This document shows positions 10,644-19,749 of a stretch of 64,000 bases of DNA, one piece after another (position 1 is the first letter of the stretch; each line of letters opens with the position of its first letter). A program made the translations under genes and the position numbers. Location of the stretch: the NCBI GenBank assembly GCA_963737265.1, contig CAVTRY010000011.1, positions 512,001 to 576,000 on the forward strand, in the 5' to 3' direction. The stretch comes from an uncultured delta proteobacterium (GTDB lineage Bacteria > Myxococcota_A > Polyangia > Fen-1088). The notes beneath the pieces were generated by a model, which was given only the letters and a program-made list of their open reading frames with translations, was not told where the DNA came from and made no database searches.

Positions 10644-11243
10644 CTACCGGTTTTCGTCTTCGCCAAAGACAATAGCTTCGTACACGCGGAACTCGGCCTT
10701 CCTCCAACCGTCCTCGGCAAGTCCGGCTTTGCGCGCCAGATGGCGCAGCGTGGTTTCGCGATCCCACCCCTGCTCGGGCGCGACTTGCGGCAAGAAAGTC
10801 GCGCGATTCCAGCCCGAGCTGAGCACGATCCCGTGTTTCCCTATGACGATTTCTTCGGCGCTCTTTACCGGCCGCGGCGGCGTCAACACCGACACTTCGA
10901 TAGTGATGAAGGGCAATTCGGGCACGCTCACTGGATGTGGGAAACGCGTGTCTTCCAGCGCCGCGCTGGCCGCACGCATGGCCACCGTGTCGTAGAGCGA
11001 ATCGCTGGGTTCAATGGTGCCGATGCAGCCGCGCAAGTCGTCGCCACGCCCCACGCACAAACCGTCGTCGTTCATCTTGCACTTGAGCGTGACAAAGGCG
11101 CCGGCCTTGCGTTCGAGCGAAGGCGTGGCCGGGACTGCGCCTTTCACGGCCGCATCGAACGAGCCCTTGCGCACGGAGGCTTCGAGCGAAGCACGCGCCA
11201 GGCGCAGCAACGTCGTGCGGTCTTCGTCGCTGAGTGGAAACAT
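10644..11243 (-). CDS. amrA: AmmeMemoRadiSam protein A (AMMECR1 domain); probably the C-terminal half of an AmrB-AmrA fusion
   Basis: GAFVTL, LRGCIG, AALEDTRF, IEVSVLTP, GKHG, ATFLPQVA, LARKAG. Confidence 0.88.
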   Translation of the reverse strand: MFPLSDEDRTTLLRLARASLEASVRKGSFDAAVKGAVPATPSLERKAGAFVTLKCKMNDDGLCVGRGDDLRGCIGTIEPSDSLYDTVAMRAASAALEDTRFPHPVSVPELPFITIEVSVLTPPRPVKSAEEIVIGKHGIVLSSGWNRATFLPQVAPEQGWDRETTLRHLARKAGLAEDGWRKAEFRVYEAIVFGEDENR

Positions 11244-12291
11244 CTTTTCTCCCCCTGCCCTGGCCGCGTTCGAGCTTCGATCCGTCGGGCCATTTACCGG
11301 TAAATGCCACGTCTACGTATGTCACGCTACTCGACCAATCGGAACTCACGTCTCCAGAAGTGTAGCGCTGCACGACTTGGCCACGAATCCCCTGAAATCG
11401 TCCGAGCAATTCCAGCAGCAGGGCGATTGGATGCAAGCCGCAGATGGTGGTGCCGGTCTTGTCCGCGTGGGCGAGCAAGCCGGGCCGACTGAGCTTGAGA
11501 ATCTGCTCGACCGAACCGTCGTCCACCCGGGCCAGGCGCTCTTGAATCGTCCCCTGGCCCGCGGGAACTTCGTAGTCGTAATTGGCCCCGCGATGGGTGA
11601 AGTCGCTCGATGCCACCACCAGCGTGTGTTGGTCCACGATGTCGGCCAATGCCGAGGCCAACAGGGCATAGTCCGCATCGGCCATGCGTCCGACTAGAAT
11701 TGGTACCAGGGTGAATTTCGGCAGCACGTGCTGGAGCAGCGGCAGTTGCATCTCCAGCGAATGCTCGTCGGTCTCCGCTTCGGCGACGGCGCCCACGATT
11801 GGGCAGCGACGCAACCTGGCCACCGCCTGACTGTCGAGCGGAATGAGCCCAAGCGGGGTCTCGAAATGGGTGACGTCCGCGATCGAGGCGCCGCGAAAAG
11901 GATAGTGGTGGGAAATAGCCAACACGACAATCCGGCGAATGTCCTTCCCGCGCAGCAGCGCATAGCCCGTCGCCGCGGCCTTGCCTGAAAAACGATACCC
12001 CGCGTGGGGCGAGATCAAAGCTATGACGTTGCCGTCGATACGCGGCGGTTTGGCATCGGCGAACAACTGGTCGAGATAGGCGGTCAGATGCTCCTTGTCG
12101 CCCGGATACCACGACCCAGCGACCTGCGCGCGCCGCACGCGCATGGTCTCCGGTGGCCGCGGCGGCGCCGGATTCGAGACTGCGGCCTTGGGCGCGGCGG
12201 CATTGGCGCTCGGCTGCTTGGCGCAAGCGGCGACGACAAAGGCGAGCGTCAACGCAAGAAGCCTGGCCGGGCGAATCTCCATGCTCGCCAT
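11244..12291 (-). CDS. amrB: AmmeMemoRadiSam protein B (MEMO1 family) with lipoprotein signal
   Basis: AGSWYP, PHAGYRFSG, EHSLEMQLP, ASSDFTH, TICG. Lipobox VAAC. The frame runs into amrA without a nearby stop, suggesting a frameshifted fusion. Confidence 0.85.
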
Positions 12292-12392
12292 GGTTGCCCC
12301 AGGCCCGGCCGCTGTCAATCACATCCACCGACGCCACCGACGCCATCGTCGCGATCGGATTTTCGCCGCGAGCAGCAGCAACAAAAATGGCC

Positions 12393-13655
12393 TTACGTCA
12401 CCCGCAACATCTTCCTCGCTCCGCGCGCGGCCACCGCCTGGCGGTAGGCATCGAGCGCCGCGGGGAATGGCTGAAGGGCGCGCTCGAAGATGCCCAGGCT
12501 GTAGGCAATCGCCAGCCCGTAGTTCGTGATGGGAACGCCAGCGCGGTTGCAGGCGAAAATGCGCGACAGAACCTCGCGGCGATTCAGCATGCACGAACCA
12601 CAATGGATCACGAGCTTGTATTCCTTGGGATCGGAGACGAAGTCGCGTCCCTGCACTTGCTCGACCGTTAGCGAGCCGCCGACGTACTGGCCGAGCCAGC
12701 GCGGGATCTTCACGCGACCGATGTCCTCGCCGATGGGGTGATGCGAACAGGCTTCGGCAATGGCGATGCGGTCGCCTGGCTTCAGGTTGTCGATGGCCAA
12801 CGCTCCACGCGCGAATTGCAGCAGGTCGCCTTTCTGTCGGGCGAACAAGATGGAAAACGAAGTCAGCGGCACGTCAGGCGGAGTGTCGGCCGAAACCTTC
12901 AAGAAGGCCTGTGAATCGGTGACGACCAGGGCCGGCTTGCGCTTGAGGTTGTCTAGCACCTGGCGCAGCTCGCGTTCTTGCGTCACGATGGCGCAGGAAT
13001 CGTGATCGAGCAGATCGCGGATGGCTTGCGACTGCGGCAAGATCAAGCGACCCTTGGGCGCTTCCTTGTCGACGGGAACGACGAGCACCGCGAATTCGCC
13101 AGGCGGCACCAAGTCTGAAAGAATCGTCGGCGCATTGAGAAACTCGTCCGGCGCCAGGTTGACCAGCGCCTCGCGGATTTCCGCCAAGCCTTCCCCGCGC
13201 GCGGCGCTCGCGATCACGGGCTTGAGCCCGCGATGAAGCAGGCGATCCATCGTCGCCTCGGACGGCTTGGCCAAGTCACTCTTGTTGAGCACTGGCAGCA
13301 CCGGGATCTTGCGCTCATCGAACGCGTCGAGCAGGGCGATTTCCAGACTGCCGAGTCCTTCCTCGGCCAGCACCAAGATCGCGAGCTCGGTGCGTTCCAG
13401 CACCTTCATCGTGCGTTCCACGCGCTTGGCACCTAGCGCGCCGACGTCGTCGAGGCCGGCGGTGTCGATAAACAGCACCGGACCGAGTGGAATGATCTCC
13501 ATCGGCTTTTCTACCGGATCGGTCGTGGTGCCGGGCTCGGGCGAGACGATAGATACTTGCTGCCGAGTGAGGGCGTTGAGAAGCGACGACTTCCCGACAT
13601 TGCGCCGACCGAAAATCCCGATGTGTAGACGTACTCCACGAGGTGCCGCGTTCAT
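12393..13655 (-). CDS. hydF: [FeFe]-hydrogenase H-cluster maturation GTPase
   Basis: GRRNVGKSS, GTTTDPV, DTAG, NKSD, APKGRLILPQ, TDSQ, EACSHH, HCGSCM, TNYG. Confidence 0.95.
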   Translation of the reverse strand: MNAAPRGVRLHIGIFGRRNVGKSSLLNALTRQQVSIVSPEPGTTTDPVEKPMEIIPLGPVLFIDTAGLDDVGALGAKRVERTMKVLERTELAILVLAEEGLGSLEIALLDAFDERKIPVLPVLNKSDLAKPSEATMDRLLHRGLKPVIASAARGEGLAEIREALVNLAPDEFLNAPTILSDLVPPGEFAVLVVPVDKEAPKGRLILPQSQAIRDLLDHDSCAIVTQERELRQVLDNLKRKPALVVTDSQAFLKVSADTPPDVPLTSFSILFARQKGDLLQFARGALAIDNLKPGDRIAIAEACSHHPIGEDIGRVKIPRWLGQYVGGSLTVEQVQGRDFVSDPKEYKLVIHCGSCMLNRREVLSRIFACNRAGVPITNYGLAIAYSLGIFERALQPFPAALDAYRQAVAARGARKMLRVT

Positions 13656-15073
13656 TCTGTCTCCTTACTGCGATGGCCAATTTGGTTCACCCGTCCAGGC
13701 GAAGTGAGGTGATCGTATTCGTCGCCCGAAAGCAGGCCGCGGCGAATCACCAGCTCGCGCAGCGTGCCCTGCCCGTCGGCGACGGCCTGGGAAAGGTCGT
13801 TGCTGGCGGCGTGACCGAGCCGTTCGACCAGCGCGGTCAGCGCCGCGGTGCCGTCGTGCACGTGGGCATGGCACTGCTCGACGTTGGCGACGATTCCCGT
13901 CACACACTCGCGCGCGAGCATCCGGCAGGACGCGGTCAGCAGATCCAAGCCGCCCAGCAGCGCGTCCGCCACCAGCGGCAGAAACGGATTGAGCTCGAGC
14001 GAGCCCGAGGACACCGCCAGCGTGATGGCGAGATCGTTCGCGATCACCTGCATCGCCGCCTGGGTCACCGCCTCGGGCACCACCGGATTTACCTTGCCGG
14101 GCATGATGGACGAACCCGCCTGGCGCGGCGGCAGGCGAATCTCGGCCAGCCCTGCGCTCGGCCCCGACGACAGCAGGCGCAGATCCGAGCAGACCTTCCA
14201 CAGATTGGTCGCACATGCCTTGAGAATCCCGCTCACCTCGACGAAAGCGTCGGCATTTTGGGTCGCTTCCACCAAGTTCTCGGCGCGCGCCAGGCCGAAA
14301 CCGCTCAGCTCGCGCAGAACATCGACCACACCGAAGATGTACGCCCGCGGCGCGCCGAGGCCGGTGCCGATCGCGGTGCCGCCCAGATTGACCACGCGCA
14401 GGCGCTCCTCGCATTTGTAAATGCGCCAGCGATCGCGCGTGAAGGCTTCGGCATAGGCGCCCATTTCGCGGCCGAGGGTCGTGAGCACGGCGTCCTGCAA
14501 CTCCGTACGCCCGACCTTGACGACGTCCGCCAGCTCGCGCTCTTTGACCTGAAACGCCTCTTGCAGCTCGACCACTGCCTTTTCCAGCACGCGCAGGCTG
14601 GCGATGGCGGCCACCTTCAGCGCCGTGGGGTAGGTATCGTTGGTCGACTGGTGCAGGTTCACATGGTCGAGCGGATCGATGACGGCGTAGTCGCCCGGCG
14701 CGCGCCCGAGCGCCGTAAGCGCGCGATTCGCCAACACCTCGTTGACGTTCATGTTCAAGGAAGTTCCCGCGCCGCCCTGCAGGGCATCCACCAAAATGTG
14801 CTCGTCGAGCTTGCCCACGGCCATCTCCGCCGCCGCGCTTTCGATGGCCTCGGCCTCACGCGCGGAAAGACTGCCGACCTCGCGGTTGGTGCGCGCACAG
14901 GCCTGCTTGACCAGGCCGTAAGCGTGGATCAGCCCGGGAAAGACCCGCCGACCAGACAAGGGGAAATTCTCCGTCGCGCGCAAGGTATGGATCCCCCACA
15001 GCGCCGCCGCCGGCACATAGCGCTCGCCGAGGAGGTCGCGTTCCTTGCGCGTCGTCGAGCTTGGGGCGGACAT
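13652..15073 (-). CDS. aspA: Aspartate ammonia-lyase (fumarase superfamily)
   Basis: ERDLLGE, QGGAGTSLNMN, QSTND, KVGRTELQDA, GSSIMPGKVNP. Confidence 0.88.
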   Translation of the reverse strand: MSAPSSTTRKERDLLGERYVPAAALWGIHTLRATENFPLSGRRVFPGLIHAYGLVKQACARTNREVGSLSAREAEAIESAAAEMAVGKLDEHILVDALQGGAGTSLNMNVNEVLANRALTALGRAPGDYAVIDPLDHVNLHQSTNDTYPTALKVAAIASLRVLEKAVVELQEAFQVKERELADVVKVGRTELQDAVLTTLGREMGAYAEAFTRDRWRIYKCEERLRVVNLGGTAIGTGLGAPRAYIFGVVDVLRELSGFGLARAENLVEATQNADAFVEVSGILKACATNLWKVCSDLRLLSSGPSAGLAEIRLPPRQAGSSIMPGKVNPVVPEAVTQAAMQVIANDLAITLAVSSGSLELNPFLPLVADALLGGLDLLTASCRMLARECVTGIVANVEQCHAHVHDGTAALTALVERLGHAASNDLSQAVADGQGTLRELVIRRGLLSGDEYDHLTSPGRVNQIGHRSKETE

Positions 15074-15209
15074 CGCTTCAACCCTACCCTGTCCTGCTCG
15101 ACTATCAACCACCAAGGTCACTGGCTGGGCACCTGGCCAGGCACCGAACTTCATTGAACTTGCCGTCAAAGGGCGCTAGGTCATGGGCCGCGCACTGGAA
15201 GTGCAAACC

Positions 15210-15371
15210 ATGAAGAAATATGTGTGCTCCGCCTGTGACTACGAATACGATCCCGCGCTCGGCGATCCCGAGCATGGCATCGCGCCAGGCACTGCCTTCG
15301 AAGACATTCCCAACGATTGGAGATGCCCGGTCTGTGGTATTTCCAAAGACGCGTTCATCCCGATGGATTAA
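15210..15371 (+). CDS. Rubredoxin
   Basis: [15 protein letters not shown]...[13 protein letters not shown]. Confidence 0.95.
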   Translation: MKKYVCSACDYEYDPALGDPEHGIAPGTAFEDIPNDWRCPVCGISKDAFIPMD

Positions 15372-15407
15372 CCTTCCCCTGACCCGCCGACGAAGGAGTT
15401 TCTGACT

Positions 15408-16586
15408 ATGGCCCCACGCGAAATTAAACCCGGAGTGTATTCGGTCGGCGCGATCGACTGGGATCGGCGCCTCTTCGATTCCTTGATCCCGCTGCCGCTC
15501 GGAACCAGCTACAACGCCTACCTGGTCAAAGGATCGAACAAAGTCGCCCTCATCGACACCGTCGAGCCGGCCTTGGCCAAGGATCTCTTCGCCAACCTCG
15601 ACGAGCTCGGCGTCACCAAGATCGACTACGTGGTCTGCCATCATGCCGAACAGGATCACTCGGGTAGCATTCCCGCCGTGCTTGCGCGCTACCCCGGCGC
15701 CAAGGTCGTGACCAACCAGAAATGCGCCGATCTGCTCGCCTCGCACCTGCGCGTTCCCACCGAGGCGTGCGACATCATCACCGACGGAGCCGTGCTCGAC
15801 CTCGGCGGCCGCACGCTTCAGTTCATGTTCGCGCCCTGGGTGCACTGGCCCGAGACCATGCTGAGCTTCCTGCGCGAAGACAAAATCCTCTTCACCTGCG
15901 ATTTCTTTGGCTCCCACTTCGCCACCGGCACCCTGTACGCCGACGACGAACATCACGTGTACCTCTCGGCCAAACGCTACTACGCCGAGATCATGATGCC
16001 GTTTCGACAGAAGTATCCGGCGTACCTGTTGAAGATCGATGCCATGGGTCCTGCGCTCATCGCGCCCAGCCATGGCCCAATTTATCGCCGGCCGGAGTTC
16101 ATCGTGAACGCGTACAAGGACTGGACCTCGGACAAGGTGAAGAACGAGGCGTTAGTCGCGTACGTGTCCATGCACGGCAGCACCAAGGTGATGGTCGACC
16201 GCCTGGTGGACCGTCTGGTCGCCCGCGGGGTCAACGTCAAGCAATTCGACCTAGCCACCATCGATCTCGGCGAGCTGGCCATGGCCCTGGTCGACGCCGC
16301 GACGCTGGTGCTGGCCACGCCGACGGTACTCAACGGCCCTCACCCCGCCGCCGTCTACGCCGCCTACCTGACCGGCGCCATCAAGCCCAAGCTGCGCCAC
16401 GCGGTCATCATCGGCTCGCAAGCCTGGGGCGGGAAGACCGTCGACACCCTCAAGGGCCTGCTCGCCGGCCTCAAGCTGGAAATGTTCGACCCGCTCATGA
16501 GCAAAGGCCTGCCCACCGCCGAGGATCTCGCCGCTGTCGACAAGCTGGCCGAGACGATTCAGGCGAGACACGCGGCTTTGGCGTAG
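15408..16586 (+). CDS. fprA: Flavodiiron protein (FprA/A-type flavoprotein)
   Basis: GTSYNAYL, HHAEQDHSG, HWPET, CDFFG, PSHG, followed by flavodoxin YVSMHGST. Confidence 0.93.
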   Translation: MAPREIKPGVYSVGAIDWDRRLFDSLIPLPLGTSYNAYLVKGSNKVALIDTVEPALAKDLFANLDELGVTKIDYVVCHHAEQDHSGSIPAVLARYPGAKVVTNQKCADLLASHLRVPTEACDIITDGAVLDLGGRTLQFMFAPWVHWPETMLSFLREDKILFTCDFFGSHFATGTLYADDEHHVYLSAKRYYAEIMMPFRQKYPAYLLKIDAMGPALIAPSHGPIYRRPEFIVNAYKDWTSDKVKNEALVAYVSMHGSTKVMVDRLVDRLVARGVNVKQFDLATIDLGELAMALVDAATLVLATPTVLNGPHPAAVYAAYLTGAIKPKLRHAVIIGSQAWGGKTVDTLKGLLAGLKLEMFDPLMSKGLPTAEDLAAVDKLAETIQARHAALA

Positions 16587-16604
16587 AGCGAGCTCGCCAT
16601 TCGA

Positions 16605-17432
16605 TCAGCGGTGGCCGCCCCCATGGCCGCCACCAAAGCCACCGTGCGAGCCGCCACCAAAGCCACCGTGCGAGCCGCCGCCGCCACCGTGAAACCCGCC
16701 GAATGAGCTAGTGCCACCGCCAGTTGCCCCGTGAAATCCTCCTCCTCCGTAGTTATGGGCGGCGACTCCACCGCGGAATCCGCCGGCCGCGTGGTATCCG
16801 CCACCAACACCGCCACGATATCCGGCTGCCGCGTGATAGCCCGCCCCGCCGCGAAATCCCCCGCCGTATCCGCCGCGAAAACCGTACCCGCCGCGATAGC
16901 CGCCGCGGTACCCGCCCCAGCCGTACCCGGCGTGGACAAGTCCGCGATACCATCCGAAGGCGAACGGACCCCGAACACCAAAGTAGGGATAAGCGCCCCA
17001 ACCCCAGATCCAGGGCGCGGCCAGCCAGGACCATCCGTAGCTCGGGTAGTACACGTAGGCGTAAGGAGACGTGTCGTAGGCGGTCCCTTCGTAGGTGTAC
17101 TGGTCTCCGTAGGGCATCCAAATCCATCCGTAGTCGGCCGTGTAAACCCACTGGCCGCCGGCTGACGTTTGGCTCGGAGCCACGGGCTGCTGCGCTTGGC
17201 GTTGCCCCTGCGCCTGAACCGGCACAGGCGGCGGCTGAAGAGGCGGCGCAGGCGGTTGCTGACTCGGCGCTGCGGTGGCCGGCTGCACATGCTGCGTCTC
17301 GGGATTCGTTTCGGAATAGGACGCCTGGCTCGGCGCGATCTCTATGAAGTCCCCAGCGGCTTGCTGGGCGCGCGCGACACCGCCCAACCCGAAGAGCAAG
17401 AAACAAAGGCTCGCAGTCAGATTCGTCTTCAT
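16605..17432 (-). CDS. Secreted protein with W/Y-rich (GQWVY..YGWIWMP) domain and Gly/Arg-rich tail
   Basis: Signal peptide ending ARA-QQ, Pro/Gln linker, YGW.W repeats, GGYRGG/GGFHGG low-complexity tail. Confidence 0.65.
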   Translation of the reverse strand: MKTNLTASLCFLLFGLGGVARAQQAAGDFIEIAPSQASYSETNPETQHVQPATAAPSQQPPAPPLQPPPVPVQAQGQRQAQQPVAPSQTSAGGQWVYTADYGWIWMPYGDQYTYEGTAYDTSPYAYVYYPSYGWSWLAAPWIWGWGAYPYFGVRGPFAFGWYRGLVHAGYGWGGYRGGYRGGYGFRGGYGGGFRGGAGYHAAAGYRGGVGGGYHAAGGFRGGVAAHNYGGGGFHGATGGGTSSFGGFHGGGGGSHGGFGGGSHGGFGGGHGGGHR

Positions 17433-17499
17433 GGCATCACCTCAAATTATGGATGACGACGCAGTCATTCTACTCTGCAACGTATCCAAACCATCTTGG

Positions 17500-17515
17500 T
17501 GCAATCCCCGTGCCC
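17500..17515 (-). promoter_or_regulatory. Sigma-54 (-24/-12) promoter for the Gly-rich gene
   Basis: Minus strand reads GGGCACGGGGATTGCA (GG-N10-GC, TTGCA), about 70 nt upstream of the ATG at 17432. Confidence 0.65.
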
Positions 17516-17717
17516 ATCGAACTCGTCAATTGTCCCCGATGGCGTGCGGGATGCCAGCCGATTCGGCTGACTTCCGTGGCGAGGACAGCCCGCTGTGAAT
17601 TGTCTTCACGGCAGCACGATCTTGTAGCCGCTCTGAATCATCCGGCGGTTGTGTGGTGTTCGCGGGCGGTACGCGGTGCTACATCGCGGGACGCACGTCC
17701 TGCGGTAGACTGCGCAC

Positions 17718-19064
17718 GTGGAGCCACTGAACGTCCTCATCATCGACGACGAGAAGAACATCCGTCACGCCTTGCGCGTGTGCATTGAAGCGCTGGGAGC
17801 GAAGGTCAGCGAAGCGCCCTCGGCGCAAGCAGCGCTGGATGCCATGGGCCGAACGACCTACGAAGTGGCCTTCCTTGACCTCAAGCTGGGCGTCGACAGT
17901 GGCCTCGACCTGATTCCCCAACTTCTCGCCGAGAATCCCAATCTCACCATCGTGGTCGTGACGGCCTACGCGACCATCGAGACTGCGGTCGAGGCGATGA
18001 GGCGCGGCGCCTGGGACTACCTACCCAAGCCGTTCACACCCGCGCAGATACGCCACACCTTGGATCGCATCCTCAAGCAGCACTCGCTGATGGTGCGCGC
18101 CGCCGACCTTGAAAGCCAGCTCACGGCCGAAACCCCCGACATCCTTCTCGCCTCGGCGGCCCCCTCGGTACGCGGCGTTCTCGACATCGTGGCGCGGGCT
18201 GCTCAGTCGGACGCCGCGGTACTATTTCGCGGCGAGAGCGGTACCGGGAAGGGAGTGCTCGCTCGGGCGTTGCACAAGCAAAGTAAGCGCCGCGAGCGTC
18301 CCTTCGTCTTGGTGAATTGCCCTACCCTGTCCGAGGACCTTCTCGCCAGTGAGCTCTTCGGCCACGCCAAGGGCGCCTTCACCGGCGCCATACGCGACCA
18401 AGTCGGCCGCGTGGAGGCGGCCGAGGGCGGCACGTTGTTCCTCGATGAAATCGGAGAAATGCCCGCCAATCTTCAGGCCAAGCTATTGCGCTTTCTTCAG
18501 GAAAAACAGTTCGAGCGCATCGGCGAAACCCGAACCCGCCAAGCCGACGTGCGCGTCGTCGCCGCCACCAACCGCGACTTGGATGCGGACGTGAGAAACG
18601 GCACCTTTCGCGAGGATCTGCTGTATCGCTTGAACGTGGTTGAGGTGAGGGTTCCCGCCTTGCGCGAGAGGCGCGAAGACATTCTGCCTCTGGCACGCCA
18701 TTTCTTGAGCTTCTTCGCCCGGTCGATGGGACGATCCGTTCCTGGGCTTTCGCCCGCGGCCGAGCAGGCGCTGGGAGACCACGCGTGGCCCGGCAACGTG
18801 CGCGAGCTACGCAACGCCATCGAGCGCGCCATTATCCTATGGCCGTCGCCTCGACTGGAGCCGCAAGCTTTCCCCGAACGCATCGCCGGAGCGAAAGAAC
18901 GCGGCCCGCACGTCGGCGGTGACTTCAGTGTGGAGGCCATCGAACGCGCCCACATCTTGTCCGTGATGGCGCGTGCTCCGTCGCTCGACAGCGCCGCGGC
19001 CATTCTCGGCATCGATTCATCGACCTTGTGGCGCAAGCGCAAGCGCTTCGACGAGGGTGCCTGA
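17718..19064 (+). CDS. Sigma-54-dependent response regulator (NtrC/AlgB-like bEBP)
   Basis: Receiver domain (IIDDE, FLDL, KPF), GESGTGK, GAFTGA, LFLDE, WPGNVREL, Fis-type HTH. Confidence 0.93.
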   Translation: MEPLNVLIIDDEKNIRHALRVCIEALGAKVSEAPSAQAALDAMGRTTYEVAFLDLKLGVDSGLDLIPQLLAENPNLTIVVVTAYATIETAVEAMRRGAWDYLPKPFTPAQIRHTLDRILKQHSLMVRAADLESQLTAETPDILLASAAPSVRGVLDIVARAAQSDAAVLFRGESGTGKGVLARALHKQSKRRERPFVLVNCPTLSEDLLASELFGHAKGAFTGAIRDQVGRVEAAEGGTLFLDEIGEMPANLQAKLLRFLQEKQFERIGETRTRQADVRVVAATNRDLDADVRNGTFREDLLYRLNVVEVRVPALRERREDILPLARHFLSFFARSMGRSVPGLSPAAEQALGDHAWPGNVRELRNAIERAIILWPSPRLEPQAFPERIAGAKERGPHVGGDFSVEAIERAHILSVMARAPSLDSAAAILGIDSSTLWRKRKRFDEGA

Positions 19065-19066
19065 CC

Positions 19067-19720
19067 ATGTCGCCAACACTGCTCATGGTCGGCGTCCGCT
19101 CGCTCGGCCGATCCATTGCGCTTCATTTCGCGCGCCAGGGCTGGACCGTCCTATGTGCCGCGCTCACGCGCGCGTCCGTCGAGTCCCTCGCCGCCGAGGT
19201 TGGAAGTGCTGGCGGGACGGGAATCCCAGTGGCCTGCGACCTACGCGATCCGCAATCGCTGCGCGGGCTGCGCGACCACGAGCACATCGATCTGTGTATC
19301 GCCGCGCAGACCGCGGGCGGACGCTTCGGTCCGCGGCCGTTTCTTGACACCGACGACGTCGGGCGGAAAATGGTCGAGCAGCAGGCCGGAACATTGCTGC
19401 AGATCGGCACTTCGTCCGGTGTGCGCACGAAAGAAGGCTTCGCTCCGCTCGGGGCCGCGCAACACGCCCTGCGCGCCCTGGTCCAGGTGGCGGCGCGCGA
19501 GTGGCGAGTCCATGGCGTGCACGTGGCGTACCTACCCATCGACGGCGGCATCGAGAGCGCGCTTTCGGCAGACTGGATCGCGCGCAAAGGGGCCGACCGA
19601 GCGATTCCTCCCGACGAAATCGCTCGCGCCTGCGAGTATCTGCACCGGCAAGATCGCCGCGCCTGGACCCACGAGCTCTTGTTGCGTCCACCTGGCAGCG
19701 AATGGCTGGCGCCCACGTAG
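19067..19720 (+). CDS. Short-chain dehydrogenase/reductase (atypical; possible internal deletion)
   Basis: GVRSLGRSIA, ACDL, GVHVAYLPIDG, AWTHELLLRP. The segment between DTDD and VGRKM looks short. Confidence 0.7.
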   Translation: MSPTLLMVGVRSLGRSIALHFARQGWTVLCAALTRASVESLAAEVGSAGGTGIPVACDLRDPQSLRGLRDHEHIDLCIAAQTAGGRFGPRPFLDTDDVGRKMVEQQAGTLLQIGTSSGVRTKEGFAPLGAAQHALRALVQVAAREWRVHGVHVAYLPIDGGIESALSADWIARKGADRAIPPDEIARACEYLHRQDRRAWTHELLLRPPGSEWLAPT

Positions 19721-19749
19721 GTAGGAGCCACACCCCGTTCTTAGCGCCG

